A DNA stretch of 64,000 nucleotides, taken from positions 15,364 through 79,363 of the forward strand of contig JAPPBX010000112.1 of assembly GCA_026702755.1 (NCBI GenBank), given 5' to 3'. Below, piece after piece: positions 8,515 to 18,565 of this stretch. The DNA is from Candidatus Poribacteria bacterium (GTDB lineage Bacteria; Poribacteria; WGA-4E; WGA-3G). The stretch's first letter is position 1, and each line of letters opens with the position of its first letter. The notes beneath the pieces are model-generated. The model had not been told where the DNA came from, did not search any database, and worked only from the letters and a program-made list of their open reading frames with translations. The position numbers and the translations under genes are program-made.

Positions 8515-11106
8515 ATGAAAAAGCCCTCCTCCAAGAAGTGGCAATTCAGAAATTCAGATTTTGAGAGCAGTTTAGCATTGGCATCGGAACTCGGTATCTC
8601 TCTGCTCGCCGCGCAACTGCTTATCAATCGTGGGATAAAAACTGCTACCGAAGCGCACACCTACCTTCACCCAACTTTTGAAGCACTACATTGTCCCTTT
8701 AAATTAGCGGATATGGACAAAGCTATAGAACGGATACGCAAAGCAATCGCACGCGGTGAGAAAATCTGTATCTATGGTGATTATGATACCGATGGCACTA
8801 CCGCAACCGCGCTGTTGCTCAACGTATTCCGCCACATAGATGTTCCCGCCAACTACTATATTCCGAATCGGTTTGGAGAGGGTTACGGACTAAGCGAGGA
8901 CACGGTAAAGAAAATTCACCAAGAGAACAAGGCAAAATTGCTAATTACTGTAGACTGTGGCATCACGTCGGTCAAGGAGGTCGCGTTAGCCAATCAGCTC
9001 GGTATGGATGTTATCATCACGGATCACCACCAACCGGAGGCGGAACAGCCACCGGCGCACGCCCTGATTTCACCGAAGGTTCCAGGGAACGAATATCCTT
9101 ATACCGAACTTGCTGGTGTCGGTTTAGCCTTCAAATTGGCACAGGGGTTGATAGAAGATGATGGAGCGTTCCTTGAATCACTGCTTGATCTGGTAGCGTT
9201 GGGGACAGTTGTGGACATTGCATCGTTGACTGGGGAAAATCGGGTTTTGAGCCGTTTGGGACTTGCCGAACTTAACAAACGCGAACGTCCGGGGATTAAT
9301 GCTTTATGCGAAGCCGCCGGCCATAAAATTGACAAGTCTCTTGATGGGTACTCGCTCTCTTATAAATTGGGACCCCGTATCAATGCCGCTGGACGGATGG
9401 ATACCGCCCACAAAGTGGTTGACCTCCTTACCACCGATTCCGATGATGTTGCAACTCGTATTGCCTCTCAACTCAACGAGGCAAATCAGAGGCGACAAGA
9501 TTTGGAAAGGCAAATCCAGGAACAAGCACAAGAGATAATCGAGAAAGAGGTAGAAGATGACACGAAGGGGATTGTTGTTGCCAGTGATAAGTGGAACGAA
9601 AAAGCACAAGGTGTTGTCGGCATCGTTGCCTCCCGTTTGAAAGAAACCTATTACAAACCTGTCATTGTCCTTGCAATTAACGGCGATGAAGCGACTGGGT
9701 CAGGGCGTTGTATTGATGGAATGAACCTCGCAGACAGTCTCGTCAGCTGCACAGAATTACTCGTGAAACACGGTGGACATGCCGCAGCAGCTGGATTGAC
9801 GCTCAAGACAAAAAATATCCCCAAATTCAAAACGGCTTTCAACACATACGCTTGTGAACACCTGGCTGAGGAAGCACTGCAACCCAAGTTGGACCTTGAG
9901 TTTGAAACACATCTTTCGCTTTTGACGTTAGACATGCTAAAGGAGCTTGAACAATTTGAGCCTTTTGGAAAGGACAATCCATCACCCGTTTTTGGTGCAC
10001 GACGCGTCAAAGTTGATGGCAGACCCTCCCAAATCGGAAAAGACAAAAACCATCTGCGAATGTTCGTCAGCGATGGTAAGGTAAAACGGTGTGCCCTTGA
10101 ATGGGGGGCAGGTGAAAAGCTTATCACTTTCAGACGCCCCAATATGTCGCTCGATATCGCCTTTTCACCCCAAATTAACGAGTGGCAAGGCACCTATTCC
10201 GTACAACTCATCCTTGACGACTGGGAGGTCCACTCCGAAGGCAGGGACATGAAGTGGGATGTATTTCCCAAGCTCAGTGATGAGTCTTCTGTAAAACTTG
10301 TTGACAAACGGAACGTTAATAAAAAGAATTACCTTTTAAAGTTGCTTGCGCGAGAGGAATCTTGTATAATTTACGTACGAGACGAAGAGATGTTAGAGCT
10401 GCTGCTCACAAGGCTCCTACCGGAGAACATTGAAGGGATCGCGCGGCACGATGATACAACATCCGAGGCGGAAGAAGCAGCGTTATTGGAACAATTAGAG
10501 AAGGGTGAACTCCGAACAATAACGTCGAGTAGCACCTTTTCGGATTTGGATGCGTTTCCCTTTGTTAAGCACGTTGTTTTCTGTCACCTCGCACCAAGCG
10601 AGAATCTCTTTTTAAAACGTTGTGAACCCGCTTTTGGGACGACTGAGACCTCTTATTTGCATCTCATCTATAGTGAGACGGATGAAGTAGAGATGCACAA
10701 TTGGATCTCTAAAAAGTATCCGACGGATGACGAATTGCGTCGGTTGTATGGAAATATACGGAAGACTATACAAGCCAACGGTGCGGAAGGATACCCTGAA
10801 GCGGAAATGCTGAATGGCGGACTCGAAGCACTACCAGCACTTCAAACTGGACTCGCTATCTTTGAGGAATTGCAGTGTATTACACGGGATGGGGAACCAG
10901 GGCACAGACTCGTCCAACTTCTTCCTGCTCAGAAAAGTGACTTGTCTCATTCTCCGACTTATCTGAGAGGGGAGTGGATAAAACAGACAAGTCCGTCTTT
11001 TATAGAGTTTCAACTAAAAGAGAACATCGAATCTATGTGGGAGCGCATACTTTTGCGTCAAGAAAATGAGTGTCAAATCGCTAATCAGTCAGATTCAAAC
11101 CTATAA
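8515..11106 (+). CDS. recJ: single-stranded-DNA-specific exonuclease RecJ with a ~300 aa C-terminal extension
   Basis: It has DHH motifs (ICIYGDYDTDGTTATALL, ITVDCGITS, ITDHH) and a DHHA1 region (GGHAAAAG). The C-terminal ~300 aa have no recognisable domain. Confidence 0.85.
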   Translation: MKKPSSKKWQFRNSDFESSLALASELGISLLAAQLLINRGIKTATEAHTYLHPTFEALHCPFKLADMDKAIERIRKAIARGEKICIYGDYDTDGTTATALLLNVFRHIDVPANYYIPNRFGEGYGLSEDTVKKIHQENKAKLLITVDCGITSVKEVALANQLGMDVIITDHHQPEAEQPPAHALISPKVPGNEYPYTELAGVGLAFKLAQGLIEDDGAFLESLLDLVALGTVVDIASLTGENRVLSRLGLAELNKRERPGINALCEAAGHKIDKSLDGYSLSYKLGPRINAAGRMDTAHKVVDLLTTDSDDVATRIASQLNEANQRRQDLERQIQEQAQEIIEKEVEDDTKGIVVASDKWNEKAQGVVGIVASRLKETYYKPVIVLAINGDEATGSGRCIDGMNLADSLVSCTELLVKHGGHAAAAGLTLKTKNIPKFKTAFNTYACEHLAEEALQPKLDLEFETHLSLLTLDMLKELEQFEPFGKDNPSPVFGARRVKVDGRPSQIGKDKNHLRMFVSDGKVKRCALEWGAGEKLITFRRPNMSLDIAFSPQINEWQGTYSVQLILDDWEVHSEGRDMKWDVFPKLSDESSVKLVDKRNVNKKNYLLKLLAREESCIIYVRDEEMLELLLTRLLPENIEGIARHDDTTSEAEEAALLEQLEKGELRTITSSSTFSDLDAFPFVKHVVFCHLAPSENLFLKRCEPAFGTTETSYLHLIYSETDEVEMHNWISKKYPTDDELRRLYGNIRKTIQANGAEGYPEAEMLNGGLEALPALQTGLAIFEELQCITRDGEPGHRLVQLLPAQKSDLSHSPTYLRGEWIKQTSPSFIEFQLKENIESMWERILLRQENECQIANQSDSNL

Positions 11107-13273
11107 CCCGGATGCAGAAGTTGAACTTCTGGAGCGTTGCTACCGTTTCGCGCAAAAGGCACATAAGGGGCAACGACGAAAATCTGGGGAACCTTACTTT
11201 ACGCATTGTCTCAAAACCGCTGGGATACTCGCTGAACTCCGATTAGATACACACACAATCTGTGCCGGACTCATGCACGATGTCCTTGAGGATACAGGTA
11301 TCACGCGCGAAGAGATGCAAGTACGGTTCGGTGCCAATATCGCCAATCTCGTCGAGGGTGTCACAAAGATCGGACAGTATAAACTCGGTATCGCTTCCCA
11401 AGCCCCGGCTGCTAAAAACACAGTTGAACAGCGAGTTCATCGGAAACGCCAAGCCGAGACCTACCGGAAACTCCTGTTAGCGACAGCGGAAGACATGCGG
11501 GTCATCCTCATTAAACTCGCGGATCGACTTCATAACATGGAAACGCTGGAGTTCCTCTCAAGCGAGAAATGTCAACGCATTGCAAAAGAGACGTTGGAAA
11601 TTTACGCCCCGATCGCACATCGATTGGGGCTTTGGCGTATCATGGGCCGCCTTGAAGACTTGGCATTTAAGCATCTCTATCCCATCGAATACCGAAAAAT
11701 TGCCGAACTCCTGAACCAGAAACTCACTGAACGAGAGGCGTACTGCGAGAAGATGGTTAAGCAGATTCGCGGCGAACTCGAAAAACGCAATGTTTTTGCC
11801 GATGTCCACGGTAGAACGAAGCATATCTATAGTATCCACCAGAAGATGCAACAGAAGAAGACACCCTTTAGTGAAATTCAGGACTTAATTGGTCTTCGGA
11901 TCCTCGTTAAAACCGAAGCGGATTGCTACATCGCCCTCGGCGCGCTTCATAACAAATGGAATTACCATCCCGATAGACTTCGAGATTGGATCGGACAGCC
12001 GAAGAAAAATGGGTATCAGTCCCTCCATACCACGATTGTTGATAATGGCAGACCTATTGAAATCCAGGTTCGCACGTATCAGATGCATAAGATTGCTGAA
12101 GATGGCATTGCTGCGCATTGGAGTTATAAGGAAGGGTTACCGAGGAGCCAACAGGGGCGTTCTATTTTCGCGAGTTATAAGCAGATACTTGAGGACATAC
12201 AAGAGGCACAAGATAGTCCCCATCATTTCGTAGAATCCATGAAGTTGGAACTTTTCCAAGATGAGGTTTATGTCTTTTCGCCGAAAGGAGATCTCTTTAA
12301 GTTACCCGCTGGCGCGACGGCGATCGATTTTGCTTATAAAATTCATACGGATGTTGGGCACACGTGTGTCGGCGCGGAGGTCAACGGTGCTGTTGCACCG
12401 ATTCGACGTGTGCTTGAGAACGGGGATCAGGTCAATATTCGGACACAGCCGAATGGAAGACCGAGCCGGAGTTGGTTGTCGTATGTTAAAACGGCCACGG
12501 CACGGACTAAAATCAATCACTGGTTTCGTGAAAAGGATAAGGCTGAGGCATTGGAATTGGGCAAGAAATTGCTCGCTGCGGAGTTAAGGGTTTCCTATCT
12601 TAATTCGCGTGATTATCTCAATTCTCCGAAACTGCTTGACATTGCGAAGCAACTCAAACTCAAAAATCTTGAGGAACTTTTCGTCCGGATTGGCAATGCG
12701 GATGAATCGGCTACGCATGTCGTCAATTTGTTGAAGCCTGAGGTCCCGAAACCTGAAACAAAACCTGCAGAAGAGATTGAATCGAGGCGAAAGAAAGATT
12801 CACCACCGGCTATCCAACTTGAAAACGATATAGACTTAGGTATGATGCGGATTATGAAGTGCTGTAACCCGATTCCGGGAGATCAGGTCGTCGGTTACCT
12901 CACACGGGGACGCGGCGTTTCTGTCCATAGAGCAGGCTGTATCCGCATCCTTGATGAACCGGAACGACTTTTAGATGTCAAATGGCTTGAAAAACCGCTC
13001 TCTGAAAATGACGATCACCCACCACCTATCTATCCTGTTAAAATCCTCGTCGAGTGCAATGACCGCCCCGGTATGCTCGGTGAAATCACTACTGCTATCG
13101 CGCAGTCCAAGGTGAATATCCGCAGCGGTACCTTTCAGCCTTCCGCCGTTCATATTGATTCTGAAGCCTCTGATAATTTGACGATAGATGTGACAGGTGC
13201 TCAGCAGCTGGATGAAGTCATGCAAGCGATTCGACACTTAAAAGGTGTACAGCGCGTCAACCGCAAGTCCTAA
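11066..13273 (+). CDS. spoT: bifunctional (p)ppGpp synthetase/hydrolase (RelA/SpoT family)
   Basis: It has an HD domain (HCLKTAGILAELRLDTHTICAGLMHDVLEDT), a synthetase domain (DLIGLRILV...YQSLHTTIV), a TGS domain and a C-terminal ACT domain. The start MSVKSLISQIQTY overlaps the recJ 3' end by 41 nt. Confidence 0.9.
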   Translation: MSVKSLISQIQTYNPDAEVELLERCYRFAQKAHKGQRRKSGEPYFTHCLKTAGILAELRLDTHTICAGLMHDVLEDTGITREEMQVRFGANIANLVEGVTKIGQYKLGIASQAPAAKNTVEQRVHRKRQAETYRKLLLATAEDMRVILIKLADRLHNMETLEFLSSEKCQRIAKETLEIYAPIAHRLGLWRIMGRLEDLAFKHLYPIEYRKIAELLNQKLTEREAYCEKMVKQIRGELEKRNVFADVHGRTKHIYSIHQKMQQKKTPFSEIQDLIGLRILVKTEADCYIALGALHNKWNYHPDRLRDWIGQPKKNGYQSLHTTIVDNGRPIEIQVRTYQMHKIAEDGIAAHWSYKEGLPRSQQGRSIFASYKQILEDIQEAQDSPHHFVESMKLELFQDEVYVFSPKGDLFKLPAGATAIDFAYKIHTDVGHTCVGAEVNGAVAPIRRVLENGDQVNIRTQPNGRPSRSWLSYVKTATARTKINHWFREKDKAEALELGKKLLAAELRVSYLNSRDYLNSPKLLDIAKQLKLKNLEELFVRIGNADESATHVVNLLKPEVPKPETKPAEEIESRRKKDSPPAIQLENDIDLGMMRIMKCCNPIPGDQVVGYLTRGRGVSVHRAGCIRILDEPERLLDVKWLEKPLSENDDHPPPIYPVKILVECNDRPGMLGEITTAIAQSKVNIRSGTFQPSAVHIDSEASDNLTIDVTGAQQLDEVMQAIRHLKGVQRVNRKS

Positions 13274-13311
13274 ATTTTTCTCAGTAGCGGTAATTTCCAA
13301 ATCGCAGCTCT

Positions 13312-13524
13312 CTATACAATTTGAGGCATCCCTGAGATAACTTTAGTAACTTTCCCGCTTCGTAGGCATTTCGCGCAAACACGAACCCGTCTTGTTCCTT
13401 CCGCTGTTTGGATACGGACCCGTTGAAGGTTTGGAAGCCAACGCCTTTTTGTATGCCGTCGTGATTTACTAATCTGATTCCCTGTCATCGGGCGTTTGCT
13501 ACAGATCGTACAGACTCGTGACAT
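13312..13524 (-). CDS. rpmB: 50S ribosomal protein L28 (zinc-ribbon variant)
   Basis: MSRVCTICSKRPMTGNQISKSRRHTKRRWLPNLQRVRIQTAEGTRRVRVCAKCLRSGKV aligns with E. coli L28 ([32 protein letters not shown]...). Confidence 0.8.
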   Translation of the reverse strand: MSRVCTICSKRPMTGNQISKSRRHTKRRWLPNLQRVRIQTAEGTRRVRVCAKCLRSGKVTKVISGMPQIV

Positions 13525-13842
13525 TGTGTCTGTCTCCTTTCTTCATGTCTTTTAGAGTATCGATTAAATCCAAATATTAATAATACCACAATTACAGGGA
13601 AAAAGCAAATTTCTTTGCCAGCGTCCCATATATTTGCTGTGGTAACGAACCTCCTAAAGCCTGATGTCTCCACGTAAGAGGAAAATAAAAATGACTTTTT
13701 TTGGGGAATCTGGTATACTATACCTTTAAAGTTTGTGCGTCTATGCTCCTGCTGTGCCCTTGGGAATACATGAGTTTCACAACGTCGCATTTACAAACCA
13801 TCGCTTAACAGAGGAAAACCATTTCACTTTCTTACAGAAAAT

Positions 13843-15132
13843 ATGAAAGTCGCTTATATTACTGCAGGGGCTGCTGGCATGTACTGCGGAACTTGTATCC
13901 ACGACAATATGGTAGCCACGGTCTTGAAGCAGCAAGGGCATAACGTTTCCCTGATTCCAACCTATACACCCACCCGAACAGATGAGGTAAATGTGAGCAT
14001 GGATCGCGTCTTTTTCGGAGGTGTTAACGTCTATTTGCAGCAGAAACTTTCCATTTTTCGGCGGACACCGTGGGCATTAGACAAACTGCTCGACAATCCA
14101 ACATTGTTGAACGGATTGGCACGCTTCAGCAGCGCAACAGATGCCCATGATCTTGGAGAACTCACAGTATCTATGCTCCGCGCCGAGCAAGGATATCAAA
14201 AGAAGGAATTGGCAAAATTAGTGAGATGGCTTGCCGAAGAGAATAAGCCGGATATAGTCTACCTCACCAATTCCATGCTTGTCGGTTTCACGAGAGAAAT
14301 AAAGAAGGCTTTAGATGTACCGGTTATCTGCGCACTTCAAGGTGAAGACATCTTTCTGCAAGATCTCATTGAGCCGTACAAAACAGAAGCGTTAGCACTT
14401 CTCCGAGAACGTGCTGAGGATCCAGATGGTTTTGTGGCACCCTGTCAATACTACGCACAATTTATGGCAGACGCGTATCTTAACGTTTCTGTTGATAGAA
14501 TTGACGTGGTCCCGCTGGGATTAAACATGGATGGACACGGGACACCTGTTCAGAAATCGGAACCGCCTCCCTTCATTATTGGTTATTTGGCGCGTATCTG
14601 CCCTGAAAAGGGATTACACATCTTAGTAGATGCGTTCCATATCGTCGCGGAGGCGTTCGGTGCCGATAACGTTCAACTGCATGTCGCTGGATACCTTGGA
14701 AAGAAGGATGAACCCTATCTTGAGGAACTCGTGAATCAGATTCATGAATGGGACTTGGCGAACAGTTTCGTGCACCATGGTGAGGTAACACGCACCCAAA
14801 AGATTGATTTCCTCAACCGTTTACATGTTTTTTCTGTTCCCACCGTTTACCGAGAGTCCAAAGGATTGTCCATCATAGAATCACTTGCCAACGGCGTACC
14901 GGTTGTCCAACCCCAACATGGCACGTTTCCTGAGATGATTGGTGCCACCGAGGGCGGAATTCTCGTTGAGCCGGAATCCGCTGAAGCAGTCGCGGCGGGT
15001 CTCATAGAACTCCTTAACGATACTGACCGGCGTGAGTCCCTTGGGGAAACCGGGAAAGTCAACGTGCACCAGAAGTTTAACGATGCAGTCGTAGCAGAAC
15101 AACTCCTGAAAGTCTTTGAGAAGTATACTTAG
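13843..15132 (+). CDS. glycosyltransferase, GT4 (group 1) family
   Basis: The C-terminal half has the GT1/GT4 pattern (GYLARICPEKGLHILVDAF...FSVPTVYRESKGLSIIESLANGVPVV..HGTFPEMI). Confidence 0.75.
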   Translation: MKVAYITAGAAGMYCGTCIHDNMVATVLKQQGHNVSLIPTYTPTRTDEVNVSMDRVFFGGVNVYLQQKLSIFRRTPWALDKLLDNPTLLNGLARFSSATDAHDLGELTVSMLRAEQGYQKKELAKLVRWLAEENKPDIVYLTNSMLVGFTREIKKALDVPVICALQGEDIFLQDLIEPYKTEALALLRERAEDPDGFVAPCQYYAQFMADAYLNVSVDRIDVVPLGLNMDGHGTPVQKSEPPPFIIGYLARICPEKGLHILVDAFHIVAEAFGADNVQLHVAGYLGKKDEPYLEELVNQIHEWDLANSFVHHGEVTRTQKIDFLNRLHVFSVPTVYRESKGLSIIESLANGVPVVQPQHGTFPEMIGATEGGILVEPESAEAVAAGLIELLNDTDRRESLGETGKVNVHQKFNDAVVAEQLLKVFEKYT

Positions 15133-15196
15133 TGTTTCAATTGCTGGCGCGCTTCCGAAGTGCCCTTACTACAGAAAATCAAAAAGGAAATCAATT

Positions 15197-15673
15197 ATGA
15201 CTAAAGCATGGCTAATTTTTGTTTTCATGACCGTGTCGTCGTGGGGGCTTTATGGTGTTTTTCTACATCAGGGACAGGTGGCTATGGCGGACCCTGTGCA
15301 TGGGCGTTACAAAGCGTTTCTCTTTGTGGGACTTGCCTACCTTCTCGCAGCGGTCATCGGTTCTGCTCTGATGCTCATCTTTAATGGGTCTGATTGGCAA
15401 TTTACAGGGAAGGGTGTTTCTTGGTCGTTCCTCGCAGGGCTTGTTGGTTCGATTGGTGCATTCGGTGTTCTACTCGCCTTTGGAGCAGGTGGTAGACCTG
15501 CTGTCGTGATGTCCATTGTTTTTGCCGGTGCTCCGATTGTGAACGCTGTCATTGCGACACTGTCACATCCACCAGCGGGTGGTTGGGGAGCCGTCCGATG
15601 GCAGTTTGTTGCAGGCATCTTGCTCGCTGCACTCGGCGGTTGTTTGGTGATGCTCTATAGACCTACTTCGTAA
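15197..15673 (+). CDS. small integral membrane protein (4-5 TM helices), unknown function
   Basis: It is hydrophobic and Gly/Ala-rich (WLIFVFMTVSSWGLYGVF..LFVGLAYLLAAVIGSALMLIF..). Start is assigned to the ATG after AAAGGAAA; the ORF track extends it to 15116. Confidence 0.4.
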   Translation: MTKAWLIFVFMTVSSWGLYGVFLHQGQVAMADPVHGRYKAFLFVGLAYLLAAVIGSALMLIFNGSDWQFTGKGVSWSFLAGLVGSIGAFGVLLAFGAGGRPAVVMSIVFAGAPIVNAVIATLSHPPAGGWGAVRWQFVAGILLAALGGCLVMLYRPTS

Positions 15674-15843
15674 CTCATGGAAACAAAACCGCTGGACCTG
15701 TGACATGCCTACGTCTTGGAAAGGCGGTTAAATACTCTTTCTTTTTCCCACGCACGACTACTCACTCCTTTTTACGGAAAATACATTTTCTACTATCCTT
15801 CTGGTGTGGTCATGTCTCTAATAGGCAAGAAGGGAGAGTTTTC

Positions 15844-16458
15844 ATGCCTATAGACGATGCTTGCGAACCGATATCACACAATCTCGAATTAATCGATGCG
15901 AATGATGCTGAATTAGTCGTTGCCGCACTTGCTGGGAATACGCAGGCATTTGACGTGTTGGTAAACCGCTACCGGCGTGCTATGCTGACGATCGCGCGAC
16001 AAATTGTTCGGAATCCGACCGACGCAGAGGATGTTGTGCAGGATGCGTTTCTACGGGCTTTTGAAGCACTCCCACAACTTGCTGATCTGAACCGGTTTGG
16101 GGCGTGGCTCCATTCAATTACTCGTAACCGTGCTTTGCGGTACTACAAAAGCATGAGTCGCTATGAGCCGCAAGAGGATATGGAGCCTTACTTAAATAGG
16201 ACAGCGGATACATCAGCTGCGGATCCCGCTGACATTGTGACGCGTGAATTGACAGAACAGGGGATCAGGGACGCGATTCAGGAGTTACCCACAGACTTTA
16301 AAGAGGTTATTGAACTTTATTATTGGGCAGAGATGCCGCAGAAACGGATGGCTGAATTCCTATCTCTCCCGCTGACAACAGTGAAGTGGCGGCTCCATAA
16401 AGCGAAAGAGCTGCTCAAAACAATTTTGGAAAGACACGGCTACAGTGAGGATATGTAA
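15844..16458 (+). CDS. ECF-type RNA polymerase sigma factor
   Basis: It has region 2 (LVNRYRRAMLTIARQIVRNPTDAEDVVQDAFLRAFEAL...GAWLHSITRNRALRYY) and region 4 (EVIELYYWAEMPQKRMAEFLSLPLTTVKWRLHKAKELLK). Start is assigned to the internal ATG after GGGAGAG; the ORF track extends it to 15700. Confidence 0.8.
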   Translation: MPIDDACEPISHNLELIDANDAELVVAALAGNTQAFDVLVNRYRRAMLTIARQIVRNPTDAEDVVQDAFLRAFEALPQLADLNRFGAWLHSITRNRALRYYKSMSRYEPQEDMEPYLNRTADTSAADPADIVTRELTEQGIRDAIQELPTDFKEVIELYYWAEMPQKRMAEFLSLPLTTVKWRLHKAKELLKTILERHGYSEDM

Positions 16459-16688
16459 TAATCTTTTTTTGTTGAAATGGTTCATTATTCAAAAATGTTC
16501 CGTAGCATAGTCTGTTGGGCTGCGTGCTATGATGCACAATCTAACAGATTATGCTACAAAAGAATAGACTGCGTAAGTGGTAAAAAAGATGGAAACTTCG
16601 GTCACTTTAACCCAAACCCAGTTAGAATTCACCAGAAACCACCGCGTAATGTAATAGAGCGGTGTCCAGGAGGCCATAGTTAAAAAAT

Positions 16689-18098
16689 ATGGAACAGCAA
16701 AGACAACAAGAACTCAAAGGACTTTTTCACATGCTGGAGCACACCGCGAAGATCGCAGAGGATGCGGCGTTGACGGGGACATTCAACGGTGGCGAAGCGC
16801 GGTGCATCATTCAATTCAATAATGTGCTTACGCGCTTGAATGGACTCGACGCGGTCCCTGACGGACTTTTTGACGAACTTCACGAAGATGCGTCCTTCAG
16901 TCAAATCGGAATTGCCTGTCATCAACTCGCAGCGTATCTCAATGAGGAATTGGATACGACTACAGATTTCAAAGGATGGCTCGACAGTTTTTTCGGAAAA
17001 CGATTCATGGAAAATCTGACGGAAGAACTGTCAGATAAACCATTTGGGGATCTGATTCGCAAGGCTGTGCCGGACTTCCTAACTGAAAGTACGCTGGAAG
17101 ACATCGCCGAGACATTTTCTGTCGTTTCCGGTGGGAAACTAACGATTGACGCTGACTGCGGCGGGATTGACGTACAGAGCACAGAGGACGATACCGTCTC
17201 GGTACGCATTCAACGCGCCGCGCAGATAAAGGCGAATCGACGGGCAGCGGAAATCCTCAAGAATCTTGATGTTCAGATAGCGCATGAAGGTCCCGATGTT
17301 AAAATTGAGGCGAAGTTCACTGGAAACGCAAAACGGTGGAAGAAGCGGAAAAACGATCTTGATGTTCAGTTTGATATCCTCGTACCACGGCACTATAATC
17401 TTGATTTGAAAACTGCATGTGACGACATTTCTGTCGCGAATATGACAGGGGACGTAAAGGCAGAAACGTTCAGTGCTGGCCTCCGTTTTCAAGATATTAC
17501 CGGACGCATTGATGGCGTAACCTCAGTTGGGGACATCAATCTCAAGGAATTTAATGGAGACGCGCTCCTTCAAACGACGGCTGGAAATATTGCGCTTGAG
17601 GACGGGATTGGCGATGTAAAAACCAAAACCACAGGCGGAAGCCTCCAGATTACTGATGTCACGGGGGCTATCAATGGAAAAACCTCCGGTGGTGGTATCA
17701 CGTTGCGTGGCTGCAAAGGGGGCGCAGACCTGAAAACTGCTGGTGGCGGTATAGAGGTAGAAAACGATGGACCTGTCCTTGCGAAAACGACTGGCGGTTC
17801 CATTCGCTGCCAACTCCAAGAGGCATCTTCACGCCAAAACTTGCTGCTGGATTTGGAGACAGCTGGTGGGGGTATAAATGTCTCGCTCGTTCCGGACATT
17901 GCTGCGACGGTAGAAGCAAAAGTGCTCGGGGGTTCAGTGACAACGGAATTCCCAGTGGTAGCGGAGATGGAAGGTGCCGTCAAACCTGATCAATTATACG
18001 GAACCATCAATGGTGGCGGATCGCTCCTGCGGCTCCGTTCTATCGGTGGAAATATCATACTCCGAAAAACAGAAGAACACGACCCGGTAGAAGTGTAA
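16689..18098 (+). CDS. DUF4097-like (putative adhesin / anti-sigma-associated beta-helix) protein
   Basis: It sits downstream of the ECF sigma factor gene. The C-terminal half has repetitive Gly-rich beta-strand units (GDINLKEFNGDALLQTTAGNIALEDGIGDVKTKTTGGSLQITDVTGAINGKTSGGGITLRG..) typical of DUF4097. No TM helix is detected. Confidence 0.5.
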   Translation: MEQQRQQELKGLFHMLEHTAKIAEDAALTGTFNGGEARCIIQFNNVLTRLNGLDAVPDGLFDELHEDASFSQIGIACHQLAAYLNEELDTTTDFKGWLDSFFGKRFMENLTEELSDKPFGDLIRKAVPDFLTESTLEDIAETFSVVSGGKLTIDADCGGIDVQSTEDDTVSVRIQRAAQIKANRRAAEILKNLDVQIAHEGPDVKIEAKFTGNAKRWKKRKNDLDVQFDILVPRHYNLDLKTACDDISVANMTGDVKAETFSAGLRFQDITGRIDGVTSVGDINLKEFNGDALLQTTAGNIALEDGIGDVKTKTTGGSLQITDVTGAINGKTSGGGITLRGCKGGADLKTAGGGIEVENDGPVLAKTTGGSIRCQLQEASSRQNLLLDLETAGGGINVSLVPDIAATVEAKVLGGSVTTEFPVVAEMEGAVKPDQLYGTINGGGSLLRLRSIGGNIILRKTEEHDPVEV

Positions 18099-18126
18099 CG
18101 TGAAAGCACGTGAACAAGAAAGGTTC

Positions 18127-18405
18127 TTATTTCACCAAAGCAATAATAGAGACAATAACGGCAATGACAGCACAACCGATCGGTATCAATTCTCTGAATG
18201 CCAACCGTCTGCCTTTCAATTCTGCAATATCAGTTTCAACGTTTCGCAATCGGTTGTCAACACTGTCGATTCGTTTGTCAACATTGTCGATTCGGTTTTC
18301 AACGCCGGCGATTCTGCTGTTGACTTGATCAAAGCCTCGTTTCATTTCGGCTTTGATGTCGTCAAACCCTTTTGACATAAGGTCATACAATTCTTGTGTT
18401 GTCAT
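18127..18405 (-). CDS. XhlA-like small coiled-coil protein with C-terminal TM anchor (phage holin/hemolysin-associated family-like)
   Basis: It encodes 92 aa: an N-terminal heptad coiled coil (RIAGVENRIDNVDKRIDSVDNRLRNVETDIAELKG) and a C-terminal hydrophobic helix (LIPIGCAVIAVIVSIIALVK). This architecture resembles the PBSX XhlA family. The DNA carries an internal near-tandem ~24 bp repeat. Confidence 0.4.
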   Translation of the reverse strand: MTTQELYDLMSKGFDDIKAEMKRGFDQVNSRIAGVENRIDNVDKRIDSVDNRLRNVETDIAELKGRRLAFRELIPIGCAVIAVIVSIIALVK

Positions 18406-18565
18406 TGATCGTTCCTTTTGGTGAAAAAAATGAGTGTCAACTCGCTAACGTCCTTACCTATAGTTAATCACAAAGTGCGCGGGATGTCAAGAAAAAAGAG
18501 AATAAATTCTTACCATGAAACCTTTCAACACAAAGCAAAAATAGGGTAGATGAAACAAGAGTAGG

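Noticed and set aside
9651-10193. 180 aa minus-strand ORF within recJ
   Set aside because: It is antisense to a well-supported RecJ coding region and has no motifs.
11063-11087. A 23-nt segment at the relA/spoT start (aaaatgagtgtcaaatcgctaatc) nearly identical (21/23) to 18419-18443 next to the XhlA-like gene
   Set aside because: A rough expectation for a 21/23 match among all position pairs on both strands in 64 kb is of order 0.1-1, so it is compatible with chance. There is no flanking similarity.
13525-13842. Possible tRNA/ncRNA in larger intergenic regions (1677-2142, 13525-13842, 18406-18735, 24658-25005, 37240-37524, 61380-61917)
   Set aside because: Scanning by eye found no cloverleaf-compatible GTTC/TΨC arm or acceptor-stem pairing. 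These regions contain only promoter-like sequences and repeats. A covariance-model search would be needed to be sure.
17570-17983. Pro/Gly-rich minus-strand ORFs inside the DUF4097 gene
   Set aside because: They are low-complexity antisense translations of a Gly-rich repetitive coding region.
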